From: Deltaproteobacteria bacterium | Lineage (GTDB): Bacteria > Myxococcota > Kuafuiibacteriia > Kuafuiibacteriales > Kuafuiibacteriaceae | Direction: 5' to 3' | Assembly: GCA_040218735.1 (NCBI GenBank) | Contig: JAVJQW010000057.1 | Span: 384,001-448,000, forward strand | Length of the DNA: 64,000 bases | Shown here: piece by piece, positions 41,401 through 49,897 of the stretch | How the letters are laid out: every line of letters begins with the position of its first letter | Position numbering within the stretch: the first letter of the stretch is position 1 | Made by a program: the position numbers and the translations under genes | The notes under the pieces: model-generated | What the model saw: only the letters and a program-made list of their open reading frames with translations | What the model was told of the DNA's origin: nothing | The model's database searches: none

Positions 41401-41496
41401 GTGCGGCCGACGGATCTGTTGGAGCAGCCGACGGGCGAAGCCACGGAGGCGTTCACGTATACGCCGTGGCGCGTGCTGACGTTCCGCACCGACTGA
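38443..41496 (+). CDS. Alpha-mannosidase, glycoside hydrolase family 38
   Basis: GHSHIDVAWLW, GGSWVEPD, WLPDTFG, GWGDGGGGP, YLEFHRGT, FHDILPGS and NTSWD. ATGA overlap with the PHP gene. Confidence 0.93.
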   Translation: MIEHRMQALEERIVELESFADRQRLALDGTFTFGGETVPIRVGDAWPRRGLQIAMRFEAKVPDDWSGPVRVRLRCGGEALLRIDGQARFGLNRYHDEVLLTDDAHGEVFTIDVDAVPRDLLGTPTKTPHLDEAALILPDLVVREMYVTAAATLSAARTLAARAHPAAPELLDALERALIAMELPRGPTDAYLARLATLTPAPDVEAGAMHSRAAHQIQTLWEETKFEATPLALDAECHARIDAAHGALRFELDRLVQRYPTEGRVNLVGHSHIDVAWLWPIDETRRKARRTFATAVELLDQHPGFRFAQSSAVFYAWVEEDDPALFARVRAHVEAGRWAIVGGSWVEPDGNITSGESTVRQFLYGQRYFASRFGRTANIGWLPDTFGYAANLPQLFAGAGMPYFTTTKLHWNETNPFPNDVYRWEGLDGTSVVAHTYKNLNADILDPRHADDAWRGFRQKALADRTMMTFGWGDGGGGPTEPMVETFARHRRCAALPELTMDPPEVAFTGLDASELPVWRGEKYLEFHRGTFTAQERLKRLVRRLDRRVVEAEITAALAWRDRDREYPRDAIDDAWRTLLVNEFHDILPGSCIATVAREAETELAAALETSTRLRDEALGALVGGEGPERLVVFNLSLEDRPLVVEVPDAPGVKGQATDNGVLVVSDASVPGLGFAVVDSVTAPPPVRADGTALDNGRLRIEVADDGTFTLFDLEHEREVFTDRGNQIFAYEDLPRAYEAWEIDERYEEGGRELVATEPPVVTESGPLRASVCVVRRARDGVITQHYRLVAGARRVDIETHIAWNGRRTMLRAKVPVAVHATDATFETPFGAVTRPVHTNTSWDRAKFEVPAMRWADLSEHGYGVSLLNDGLHGYAARGGTLSLTLMRTPIYPDPTAGDGEHRFTYAVHPHAGPWQDSTLREADALDAPLVAHVMKTGATTTRWLSIDTPHLRLAALKKAEEGDALVLRLYEGTGARGTARLADTRVRPTDLLEQPTGEATEAFTYTPWRVLTFRTD

Positions 41497-42417
41497 TCAC
41501 GTCGCCCAAACCTCCTTCGACACCGCCGCGAGGCGCTCCCGCACGAAGCGGTGCACGGGATCCGTGTGGCTGCGTTCGTGCCACACGAGATCGACGGGCT
41601 GTCGCACCAGCCCACGCGGCGCACGGAAGGTTCGCAGCTTGCTGCGCTCCGGCGTCCGCCGGGCGAGCGGCTCCGGAACGTAGGCGACCAAGTCCGTCTG
41701 CGCGACCAAGGACGGAACGGCGGTGTACATCGGCACCGCCGCCACGACGCGACGACGCCGGCCCCGCGCCGCAAGCGCGCCGTCGAGGGGCCCCTCCGTC
41801 CGACCCGACGAGGAGACGATCACAAAACGCTCACGGTGAGGCTGCGGACGTTTCGCGGCGAACATCTGATGTTTGCGGCGCGCGATCCCCACGAAGGCGA
41901 CATGCCCCAACGGAGCCCGCCTCAGGTCGCGCGGCGGCGCGCCGAGGTTCGTGAGCGACAGGTCGATCTCGGAGCGACGCAGCCGCTCGATCTCCTCCTC
42001 GACGACGGTCCACTCGCGACACACCAGCGTCACGCCCGGCGCGTCCTTGGCGAGCTCGGCGAGGAGCGCGGGGAGCAAGGTCGTCATCGCGAGGTCCATC
42101 ATCGAGACGCGCAGCGTCCGTTCGACGTCCGCGATCTTCGTCTCCTCGGCCGGTGCGGTGAGTCCGCGGATCTCCGACAGCACGCGCCCGAGCGGCTCCG
42201 CGATCGCCTCGGCGCGCGGCGTCCGCTTCATCGTGCGTCCGTGGCGTTCGAGGAGCGGGTCGTCGAACAGCGAGCGCAGCCGAGACAGCGCGTGACTCAC
42301 CGCCGGCTGCGTCATCGCGAGGCGACGCGCGGCGCGGGTCACGCTGTGCTCTTCGAGGAGCGCCTCGAGGACGACGAGCAGGTTCAGGTCGACGCCTCTG
42401 AGATTCTCGGTGTGCAT
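41497..42417 (-). CDS. LysR-family transcriptional regulator (NodD/NahR-like)
   Basis: HTH region DLNLLVVLEALLEEHSVTRAARRLAMTQPAVSHALSRLR, plus C-terminal LVWHERSHTDP. Confidence 0.95.
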   Translation of the reverse strand: MHTENLRGVDLNLLVVLEALLEEHSVTRAARRLAMTQPAVSHALSRLRSLFDDPLLERHGRTMKRTPRAEAIAEPLGRVLSEIRGLTAPAEETKIADVERTLRVSMMDLAMTTLLPALLAELAKDAPGVTLVCREWTVVEEEIERLRRSEIDLSLTNLGAPPRDLRRAPLGHVAFVGIARRKHQMFAAKRPQPHRERFVIVSSSGRTEGPLDGALAARGRRRRVVAAVPMYTAVPSLVAQTDLVAYVPEPLARRTPERSKLRTFRAPRGLVRQPVDLVWHERSHTDPVHRFVRERLAAVSKEVWAT

Positions 42418-42425
42418 GGAACATC

Positions 42426-42449
42426 ATACAAAACATCGATTGGATTCAT
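42426..42449. promoter_or_regulatory. Candidate LysR binding sites (T-N11-A)
   Basis: ATA-N9-GAT (42426-42440) and ATC-N9-CAT (42435-42449) in the AT-rich divergent gap. Confidence 0.5.
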
Positions 42450-42475
42450 GAGCGAGTGGCGGCTATCGTCCGCGT

Positions 42476-43423
42476 GTGGTTCGCCGCATCGTCCGTATCG
42501 CCGTCGTCCTGTTCGTCGTGGCCCTCGGGCTCCTCGTGTGGACGTTCACCCCCGCGCGCCTCGACGTCGCACAGCTCCCGGCGGACCTCGAGCTCCCCTC
42601 GGCCTCGCCGCCGCCGGGCACCGCGGTGTACGCGCTCACCACGGCGACCGTCGGATCCACCGCGATGTTCGCGTACCGCGGCGGCGAGGTCGGCGAGGCG
42701 CGTCCGTTCGCGATGACCGCGTTCCTGGTCGAGCACCCGCAGGGCTCCCTCCTGATCGACGCGGGGACGGCGTCCGAGGGCGAGGCGCACTTCGGCGCGC
42801 AGTCCGTGCTCATGACCGCGACGAGCAAGTACGAGCCGGGCGCGGCGCCGCGCGACCAGCTCGACGCCGCCCAGGTGTCGACCAGCTCCCTCGCGGTGGT
42901 CCCGACGCATGCGCACTGGGATCACATCAGCGGCGTCGCCGATCTCGAAGGCGTGCCGGTGTGGCTCCCCGACGTGGAGGTGGACTTCATCGACGGCGGC
43001 GACGCGAGCACGGCGCTCGCGCGTGACGTCGTGGACCGCGCTTCGATCGTCCGCTACGCCTTCGACGATGGCGCGTACCTCGGGTACCCGAAGAGCCGCG
43101 ACGTCTACGGCGACGGTTCGGTGGTGCTCGTCCCCGCGCCGGGTCACACGCCGGGGTCGGTGGTGGCGTTCGTGGCGACGTCGGACGGCGCGCGCTACGC
43201 GTTCGTCGGGGACGTGGTATGGCAGAGCGAAGGGCTCGAGCTCCCGGCGGAGCGGCCGTGGCTCGCGCGGTGGTTGGTGGACCACGACGCGGAGGCGGTG
43301 CGGCGGCAGATCACCCACCTGGCGGCGCTCGGTCGGCGTTTCCCCGAGCTGGTGATCGTCCCAGCGCACGACGCCCGCGCGGCCGCGAAGGTGCCCCCGC
43401 TCACACGTCGACCGCCGGGTTGA
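42476..43423 (+). CDS. Metallo-beta-lactamase-fold hydrolase, AHL-lactonase-like, with an N-terminal membrane anchor
   Basis: LLIDAG, THAHWDH (HxHxDH), DVYGDGSV..PGHTPG, VGD and PAHD. Confidence 0.85.
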   Translation: MVRRIVRIAVVLFVVALGLLVWTFTPARLDVAQLPADLELPSASPPPGTAVYALTTATVGSTAMFAYRGGEVGEARPFAMTAFLVEHPQGSLLIDAGTASEGEAHFGAQSVLMTATSKYEPGAAPRDQLDAAQVSTSSLAVVPTHAHWDHISGVADLEGVPVWLPDVEVDFIDGGDASTALARDVVDRASIVRYAFDDGAYLGYPKSRDVYGDGSVVLVPAPGHTPGSVVAFVATSDGARYAFVGDVVWQSEGLELPAERPWLARWLVDHDAEAVRRQITHLAALGRRFPELVIVPAHDARAAAKVPPLTRRPPG

Positions 43424-43489
43424 CCCTGAATTCGTCGATCCTGGGCCCGTTCCGCGCATCGCTGACCGACATGTACCGATAAGACATAC

Positions 43490-46400
43490 ATGGTGCGCGT
43501 GGGTTCCGAGCGGCCGGGCGGAGTCCCGCCCGAAGCCCCGGATCCTGCGCCGTTCACCCCCCTCGACGTCGACGGCGCCGAGCTCCTCGCCACCGCTCAG
43601 CAGGCGGGCAAGATGTTGTACGAGGGCGGCCAGGCCGCGGCCGCGATGGCCCGTCGGGCCCCGCTGTTCCGGCCGACGTTCGATCGGAGGATCCCCCACC
43701 GCCTCGCCCAAGACGTCGTGAAGAAACGCCTGCTCCCGCTCCTGGAGCAGGTCGCCAAGGAGAAGTTCGCGCGACGTCGCTCGCGCGCCGAGAGCCTCCC
43801 GCCGCAGCTCTTCGCGCTCCTCGAACGCGCCGAGTCGATCTCCGACGACACCCACGATCCGGACACGCTCTTCGCGAGCGTCGTCGACATCACGCAGAAG
43901 CTCGAGCGCTTCCTCGGCGACCTCGACTACGTGAGCTTCGGACAGATCGGCCTCGTCTCCCAGCTCCGTTCGCTGTCGACGATGATGCGTACGTCGCGCG
44001 CGCTGTGGTCCGCGGTCCGCTCGGGTTACGCCTTCCGCGACCCCGCGCTCCGCCACCAGGGCCTGCGCATGATGGCGCGCTCGGACCAGCTCTTCCAGCG
44101 CGCCGCCGACGGCCAGGACATCACCGCGGATCTCGATCGCCTCGAAGCGGACTACACGAAGCTCGTCGGCGACCTGGAGTCAGCGACCGGACAGCCGCTG
44201 GGGTTGCCGGGCACGGAGCGCTTCGACACCGCGCGACGCGTGTGGAGTTACCGCCAGCGCGCCGAGGCCGAGATCCTCGAGCGCGACGGACGCACCGGGA
44301 CCCTCACCAACCTCGAGCTGTACGAAGACCTCCGCGAGCACGGCCTTCCGCCGCGCCTCGTCCGCGAGGAGCTCGACGCACACGTCTTTCCGGCGGTGCG
44401 TTCACTGATCGAGGCGGTCAAGAACGAACGCGGCGTCCTCCCCGAGCAGATCCGGCGTCGCGGGCTGAAGGTCGACACGCTGCTGTCGTCGCTCATCGAA
44501 GCGCCGAACATCGACATCGATATCGCCGAGGCGCGGGTCATCGAAGCCCAGGAGGAGATCTCCAAGCTCCTGCGTGACGTCGAGCGCCTCGTGCGCCCCG
44601 CCGACGGCCTCGCGCGAAAGCTCCGCCTCGCGAACGACGCCCTCCTCGGGCTGCGCGGCCTCTTCGTCTCGCTCCGCCTCGTCCAGGCGATGCAGGACCC
44701 CGACCTCGCCGACGACATCGCATCCGTCACCCGAGACGCGCAGCGACTGTTGAACGGCGAGGTCCCCGTGGCCGAGCTCCCCGCGGCGCTCGCGTCCCTC
44801 GAGCACCGCATCGACGAGCTCGACGGCGAGCTGCAAGACCGCTTGCACCTCGAGAGCACCCCAGGCCTGGGCGAGCTCCGAGACGCACTCGCCACGCTAC
44901 GTCGCGTCGCGCGCCTGCGCATCGCCGCCGACGCCGCGATGAACCCGGACATGCGCCGGGCGATCGACGCCTCGCAGAACATCGAGATGTCCGCCGAGGA
45001 GCGCGGCCCGATCTTCGACGCCGCCATGGGACAACCGCTCCTGGACGCCACCGTCGGACTGACCGTGGCGCTCCGCGAGCTGGAGCTCGGGTTCACGTTC
45101 GGTGAGCTGGGCGCCAAGCTCGAGCGAGTGCTCCGCGGCGAGGCCGAGGGCGAGGTGAGCCGCCTGGTCGCGCGGTCGCCGCTCGCGTTCCTCGCCAACG
45201 CGGAGTTCGAGACGGCGCTCTCGCGCTTCGACAACTTCATCGACCGCGTCGACACCCCCGAGGGGCGCGAGTTCGTCGACCGTTCGCTCGACATCTTCCG
45301 CGCGGTCTACGAGGTCGAGAAGGATCAGATCGCCCACTTCGCCGCGGTGGTCCCGGAGGAGCAGCGCACGAAGGTCGCGATCGGGCTCACCGAGTACATG
45401 GTGCGTTCGAGCGCGATCATGCTCGAGTGGATCTCGGCGCAGCTCGCGGACCCGACCGGCGACGCGGTCGCGGACTTCCTCGACATGATGGTCGACGAGT
45501 CGGCGAAGGACATCGACACGATGCGCACGTCGGTCGACTCGGAAGCGTTCGGCAAGAACGACGTCGTGTCGCTGCGCGCGCGCATGAACGAGCAGGCGCG
45601 CTGCGAAGCGAAGCGCGCCGGCGTGAACCAGCTCGGCAACTTCGGCACCCGCCTCGCCGAGGGGCCGGGGGGGCCGTTCGCCGCGCGCCTCCGCGCGGAG
45701 CGCGCGCGCCTGGAGAAGACACTCGCGTGTGTCCAGACCACGGAGCAGACGCGCGCGGCGCTCGAGGACGTCCTCTCGGACCTCAACGCCGCGGTGAAGA
45801 TGACCGTCAACCTGGTGCAGGTCTTCGGCGCGGCGAGCAACGAGCTGATGGACGCCGACGAGCGTCAACGCGTCATCAAGACGTCCATCGAACGCATGGG
45901 GCCGACGTTCATCAAGGCGATGCAGTCGCTGGTGAACATGGAGTCGATCGTCCGCAAGATGTCTCCGGACGCCCTCCCGCCCGGCAACGACCCCGTCATC
46001 GAGTCGCTAAAGCAGCTGCAGGACGACGTCACGCCGCTGCCGTGGCCGCTCGTCGAAAACCGCATTCGCGAGTCGTTCGAGCTCGGACCCGAGGACCGCC
46101 TCGTCGACGCAAACGGCGAGCGCGGCCTCTTCGTCTCCATCGATCCCGTCGCGCTGAAGAGCGGCTCGATCGGGCAGGTCCACCGCGCCCGCATCCGCGT
46201 GGAGAAGGACGGCGAGGAGCAGATCCAGGACGTCGTCGTGAAGGTGCTGCGTCCCGGCGTCGAGGAGCAGTTCGAGAACACGATCCGCGCGACGCGCCTG
46301 ACGCTCTCCGTGGTGGGTGAGCTCCTCCGCCTCGACAAGAACGGCGAGATCTTCGGCGACATCAAGGACGCCGCCGAGGCGAAGCTGCCGCTCATCGAGC

Positions 46401-47800
46401 GCGGCCTCTTCGGCTTCATCGAGTCGTTCCGCATCGAGACCGACTTCGGGCAGGAGGTCGACAACCGCGACCAGTTCGAAGCCGCGTTCCGCGCGGACCC
46501 GAACGTCGTCATTCCCGAGGTCTACGCTTCCCACACGAAGGGCGGCGTCCTCACGATGCAGGAGCTCAAGGGCTTCAAGCTGTCGCATTGGACGGAGCGC
46601 TACGAGTACGCCCTCGAACAGCCGCGCCTCGCCGAAGAGCTGGGACGTGTGCCCGCGGGAGAGGCGCAGGACCGCGCCGCGCGTTGGGCGAAGGAGACAC
46701 TCGGCCTCGAGCGCGCCAAGGTCACGCCGGTCAAGGAGCGTCGGAGCTGGGCGATGTTCGCGGTGGAAGGCAGGGATCCCACCGGCGCCCTCGTGCGCGA
46801 GAACGTCCGCGTCCGAAAGAAGAACGGGCAGATCAGCGTCGACGGGTTCTCGAAGCCCACCGGTGCGGCAGCGTCGGCGAAGGCGCGACAGTTCGCCGAG
46901 CGCCGCTTCGGCCTCCCCGTGAGGCGCTCGCACGCCGCGCCGACCAGCGGTGGCTTCAGGGTGCGCGTCGAGTTCGACGACGACCGACAGAAGAGCGCCG
47001 AGCTGTTCGTGATGGGCGCCGAGGGGAAGGTGAGCTCCAAACACAAGCTCCCGGACCTCTCGAAGAACGGCGCGCAGAACCTCCGCGACCGCCTGCGCCA
47101 GACCTTCATCGTTCAGATCGCGAGCCGGCTGCTCCACGGCGATCCCCACGAAGGCAACTTCTTCGTCATGCCCGACGGCAAGACGGTCGGCCTCATCGAC
47201 TTCGGGCTCGCGCTCGAGCTGGGCGTCGCGGACCTGCGCGGTCCGCTCGCGCTGATCTCGAGCGCCTACAACGACGACAACTCGGCGATGGCCAACGCGC
47301 TGCTCGACCTGTCGACCGCGCGCGACCTCGAAGGCGACGCTCGCGACGAAGCCTTGAAGCCGCTCGAGACGTTCTTCGCGGAGCTGTCGCGCGACGTCAC
47401 CGAGAAGTCCGACGCACGACCCAAGAACTTCCTGGGGCGCATGAAGGCCCGGCTGAGCAACGCGAAGACGATCGCGTCCCGCTCGATCGAAGCGGTGATG
47501 AAACACGGCGTCGTCCCGCTCCCGCACGTCGTGCATTCGCTGAAGGCCGTGTTCTCGATGCTCGGCAACATCGAACGCCTCGAGGACTTCGACGATCGCA
47601 AGCCGAGCAAACGTCGCACGCTCGGGCTTCTCGCGAAGTCCTGGCTGACGTCCGCGCTCGCGCCGTTCACGCCGAAGTCGGCCTCCGCGAAGAAGATGGC
47701 CCGCATCGAACGTGAAGCGCCGCCGCTGGACGTGCCGCGTTACGTCGTCGCGCCGAAGGTTGGGCCTCCTGAGCCCGACAACCTGCGGGACGTCGTGTAA
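43490..47800 (+). CDS. Giant ABC1/AarF/UbiB-family atypical kinase with a long helical N-terminal region
   Basis: GPTFIK, LQD, SIGQVHRA, VVKVLRPG, ETDF..E, VVIPEVY, HGDPHEGN and IDFG; 1436 aa. Confidence 0.85.
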   Translation: MVRVGSERPGGVPPEAPDPAPFTPLDVDGAELLATAQQAGKMLYEGGQAAAAMARRAPLFRPTFDRRIPHRLAQDVVKKRLLPLLEQVAKEKFARRRSRAESLPPQLFALLERAESISDDTHDPDTLFASVVDITQKLERFLGDLDYVSFGQIGLVSQLRSLSTMMRTSRALWSAVRSGYAFRDPALRHQGLRMMARSDQLFQRAADGQDITADLDRLEADYTKLVGDLESATGQPLGLPGTERFDTARRVWSYRQRAEAEILERDGRTGTLTNLELYEDLREHGLPPRLVREELDAHVFPAVRSLIEAVKNERGVLPEQIRRRGLKVDTLLSSLIEAPNIDIDIAEARVIEAQEEISKLLRDVERLVRPADGLARKLRLANDALLGLRGLFVSLRLVQAMQDPDLADDIASVTRDAQRLLNGEVPVAELPAALASLEHRIDELDGELQDRLHLESTPGLGELRDALATLRRVARLRIAADAAMNPDMRRAIDASQNIEMSAEERGPIFDAAMGQPLLDATVGLTVALRELELGFTFGELGAKLERVLRGEAEGEVSRLVARSPLAFLANAEFETALSRFDNFIDRVDTPEGREFVDRSLDIFRAVYEVEKDQIAHFAAVVPEEQRTKVAIGLTEYMVRSSAIMLEWISAQLADPTGDAVADFLDMMVDESAKDIDTMRTSVDSEAFGKNDVVSLRARMNEQARCEAKRAGVNQLGNFGTRLAEGPGGPFAARLRAERARLEKTLACVQTTEQTRAALEDVLSDLNAAVKMTVNLVQVFGAASNELMDADERQRVIKTSIERMGPTFIKAMQSLVNMESIVRKMSPDALPPGNDPVIESLKQLQDDVTPLPWPLVENRIRESFELGPEDRLVDANGERGLFVSIDPVALKSGSIGQVHRARIRVEKDGEEQIQDVVVKVLRPGVEEQFENTIRATRLTLSVVGELLRLDKNGEIFGDIKDAAEAKLPLIERGLFGFIESFRIETDFGQEVDNRDQFEAAFRADPNVVIPEVYASHTKGGVLTMQELKGFKLSHWTERYEYALEQPRLAEELGRVPAGEAQDRAARWAKETLGLERAKVTPVKERRSWAMFAVEGRDPTGALVRENVRVRKKNGQISVDGFSKPTGAAASAKARQFAERRFGLPVRRSHAAPTSGGFRVRVEFDDDRQKSAELFVMGAEGKVSSKHKLPDLSKNGAQNLRDRLRQTFIVQIASRLLHGDPHEGNFFVMPDGKTVGLIDFGLALELGVADLRGPLALISSAYNDDNSAMANALLDLSTARDLEGDARDEALKPLETFFAELSRDVTEKSDARPKNFLGRMKARLSNAKTIASRSIEAVMKHGVVPLPHVVHSLKAVFSMLGNIERLEDFDDRKPSKRRTLGLLAKSWLTSALAPFTPKSASAKKMARIEREAPPLDVPRYVVAPKVGPPEPDNLRDVV

Positions 47801-47847
47801 TCAGTCCGATTGACAGTCGGTGCAGGGAGGGCGAATCGCGATGGATC

Positions 47848-49887
47848 GTGGTTCGTTCAGGTCTCGTCAGCTCGGTCATCGTCATCGCCCTCGTGGGCTG
47901 CTCGGGGGAGGACGACCCCGAGGCGTCCTTCGAACTGACGCCGACGATCGCACAGGCCCCCGCCGACCCGCTCGCGGCGGCCGACGTCGAGAGCTGCCTC
48001 GTGTACCAGGCCGAGAGCTGCGTCGCGGGGAAGCAGCGCCAGTGCAAGATCTACGACGTCGACGCGGCGTCGTTCGTGGACCAACCCGACCCGCTCCTCG
48101 AGAAGGTCTACCTCTACGACCGCTGGTACGATCTCCACAGCTCGCCGATGGGCCTCACCGCGGAGCGCACGTTCAACGAGCGCATCGCCGGCGACATGAC
48201 GGAGGCCGAGTGGTCCGAGCTGAGTCGTTTCAATGGATGGGCCGGCGCGGGTGACGCCGGGATCTGGACCGGCGCGGCGCTGGTCTCGGATGCGTTCCGC
48301 TACGCGGTCAACGGCACCGAGGCCGACTACCACCGCATGGAAGATCGGGTGCGCGCGCTCCTGAAGAACTTCGACATCACCGGCGTGCCCGGCTACCTCG
48401 CGCGCTACCACTTCATCGGGATCGACAACGGGACGCCGCAGGACGATCAGCTCATCCTCGAGTACGGCGAGCCGGGTGACTCCGACATCGACATCCGCCC
48501 CGAGGTCCTCTCGAGCGTCGACCTTCCGCCGGAGTACAACAACGGGCTGGGGACGCCGCGCTGGAACGGCGACCCGTCGATCGACCAGTACACCGGACCG
48601 ATGATGGCGTTCCCGATCGTGCACGGCCTCCTGCGCGACGAGGCGATGAAGAACGAGATGACGCGTCACCTCACGTGTTACCTGAAGCGCCTCGAACGCA
48701 TCGAAGTCATCAACCTCCTCGCGCGCCCGGATCTCCTGGAGGAGCTGAAGGGGCTGTTCGGCGGGTCCGCGTTGCAGCTGGACCCCGGCGACCCGGACCT
48801 GACGAAGATCAAGGAGCTCGTCTGGTACGTGCACCCGGGTATCAACCGCACGAACGCGGCGGACTTCGTGGGTGACTGCCCCGACAAGGTTCAGCTCGAG
48901 CCTTCACGCGTGCTCGACGCTCGCAGCAGCAGCTTCGAGCTCGACCTGCTGACGCTCGCCGCCGATATCAACCGCGACGCGCGGAACCAGGCGAACCAGA
49001 TCGATCACTTCTACGTCGTGAACCTGCGCGGCGGGGACGCGAGCCACCTGATTCACCTCGCGTCCGTCGCGTACTTCCTCACCGGCGACGCGCAGTACAA
49101 GGACTTCATCTTCGACGAGCTGATCGGGAACATCGGCGCGGACGAGGTCGCGAAGACGATGATGGCGTTCCGCCTCCCGGACTGGTGCTTCAAGTTCTAC
49201 GGCGACCACATCACGTACGGCACGCACTGGCAGATGTTGACGATGCTCCCGGACGGCGAGCTCAAGGACGACATGCTGAAGGCCATGCACGAAGACGCGT
49301 GGGAGAAGGCGCTCTACAACCACGACAGCGCGAAGTTCAACGTGATGTACGCGTCGGTGGTGCCGGAGTCGATGGCGCCGAACCGCGCGGCGATCGTGCA
49401 GTCCGCGATCGAGCAGCTCGAGGACTTCGGCGGGAACGACGGCGTGAAGATGGCGCCGCGCCGGACCTATACGAGCTCGGTGCAAGTCGTGATCGACACC
49501 CTGCCCTCCGACATCTCCGTGCGCTGCCCGACCGAAGACGAGCGGATGCAGTGTGAGGCGCGGATGCAGTTCTTCGGGATCGACCTCGAGGGCAAGATCA
49601 TCAGCCGCGAGTGCGACGGGCGTCCCGGTGAGTGTGTGATGGACGACGGGATGTGCACGGACGGCGTCGCGTCGTCGGGCCTGCCGGCGCGGATGCGCGC
49701 GTACGGCGACTTCATGTGGCAGCGCAGCCCGTTCACCCTCGGCGCCAACTACGGCGGCGGCGACGGCCGCAAACAGTCGCCGGGCCGCGACCTCACGGAG
49801 CCCTACTGGATGGCGCGCTACTACGGGATGATCGCGGAAGGCGACGGCCACGTGCTCGCGTGGGAAGAGGTCGGCAGCTGCGAGTGA
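47848..49887 (+). CDS. Hypothetical lipoprotein (mostly helical, enzyme-like)
   Basis: Lipobox LVGC. Motifs GDAGIWTG..AFRYAV, GVPGYLAR, WNGDPSIDQYTG and EPYWMARYYG. Confidence 0.75.
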   Translation: MVRSGLVSSVIVIALVGCSGEDDPEASFELTPTIAQAPADPLAAADVESCLVYQAESCVAGKQRQCKIYDVDAASFVDQPDPLLEKVYLYDRWYDLHSSPMGLTAERTFNERIAGDMTEAEWSELSRFNGWAGAGDAGIWTGAALVSDAFRYAVNGTEADYHRMEDRVRALLKNFDITGVPGYLARYHFIGIDNGTPQDDQLILEYGEPGDSDIDIRPEVLSSVDLPPEYNNGLGTPRWNGDPSIDQYTGPMMAFPIVHGLLRDEAMKNEMTRHLTCYLKRLERIEVINLLARPDLLEELKGLFGGSALQLDPGDPDLTKIKELVWYVHPGINRTNAADFVGDCPDKVQLEPSRVLDARSSSFELDLLTLAADINRDARNQANQIDHFYVVNLRGGDASHLIHLASVAYFLTGDAQYKDFIFDELIGNIGADEVAKTMMAFRLPDWCFKFYGDHITYGTHWQMLTMLPDGELKDDMLKAMHEDAWEKALYNHDSAKFNVMYASVVPESMAPNRAAIVQSAIEQLEDFGGNDGVKMAPRRTYTSSVQVVIDTLPSDISVRCPTEDERMQCEARMQFFGIDLEGKIISRECDGRPGECVMDDGMCTDGVASSGLPARMRAYGDFMWQRSPFTLGANYGGGDGRKQSPGRDLTEPYWMARYYGMIAEGDGHVLAWEEVGSCE

Positions 49888-49897
49888 CCCTCGCCGA

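Noticed and set aside
43476-43482. Sigma28-like -10 element CCGATAA, 7 nt before the kinase ATG
   Set aside because: There is no matching -35 element at the expected distance, so it is too weak to call.
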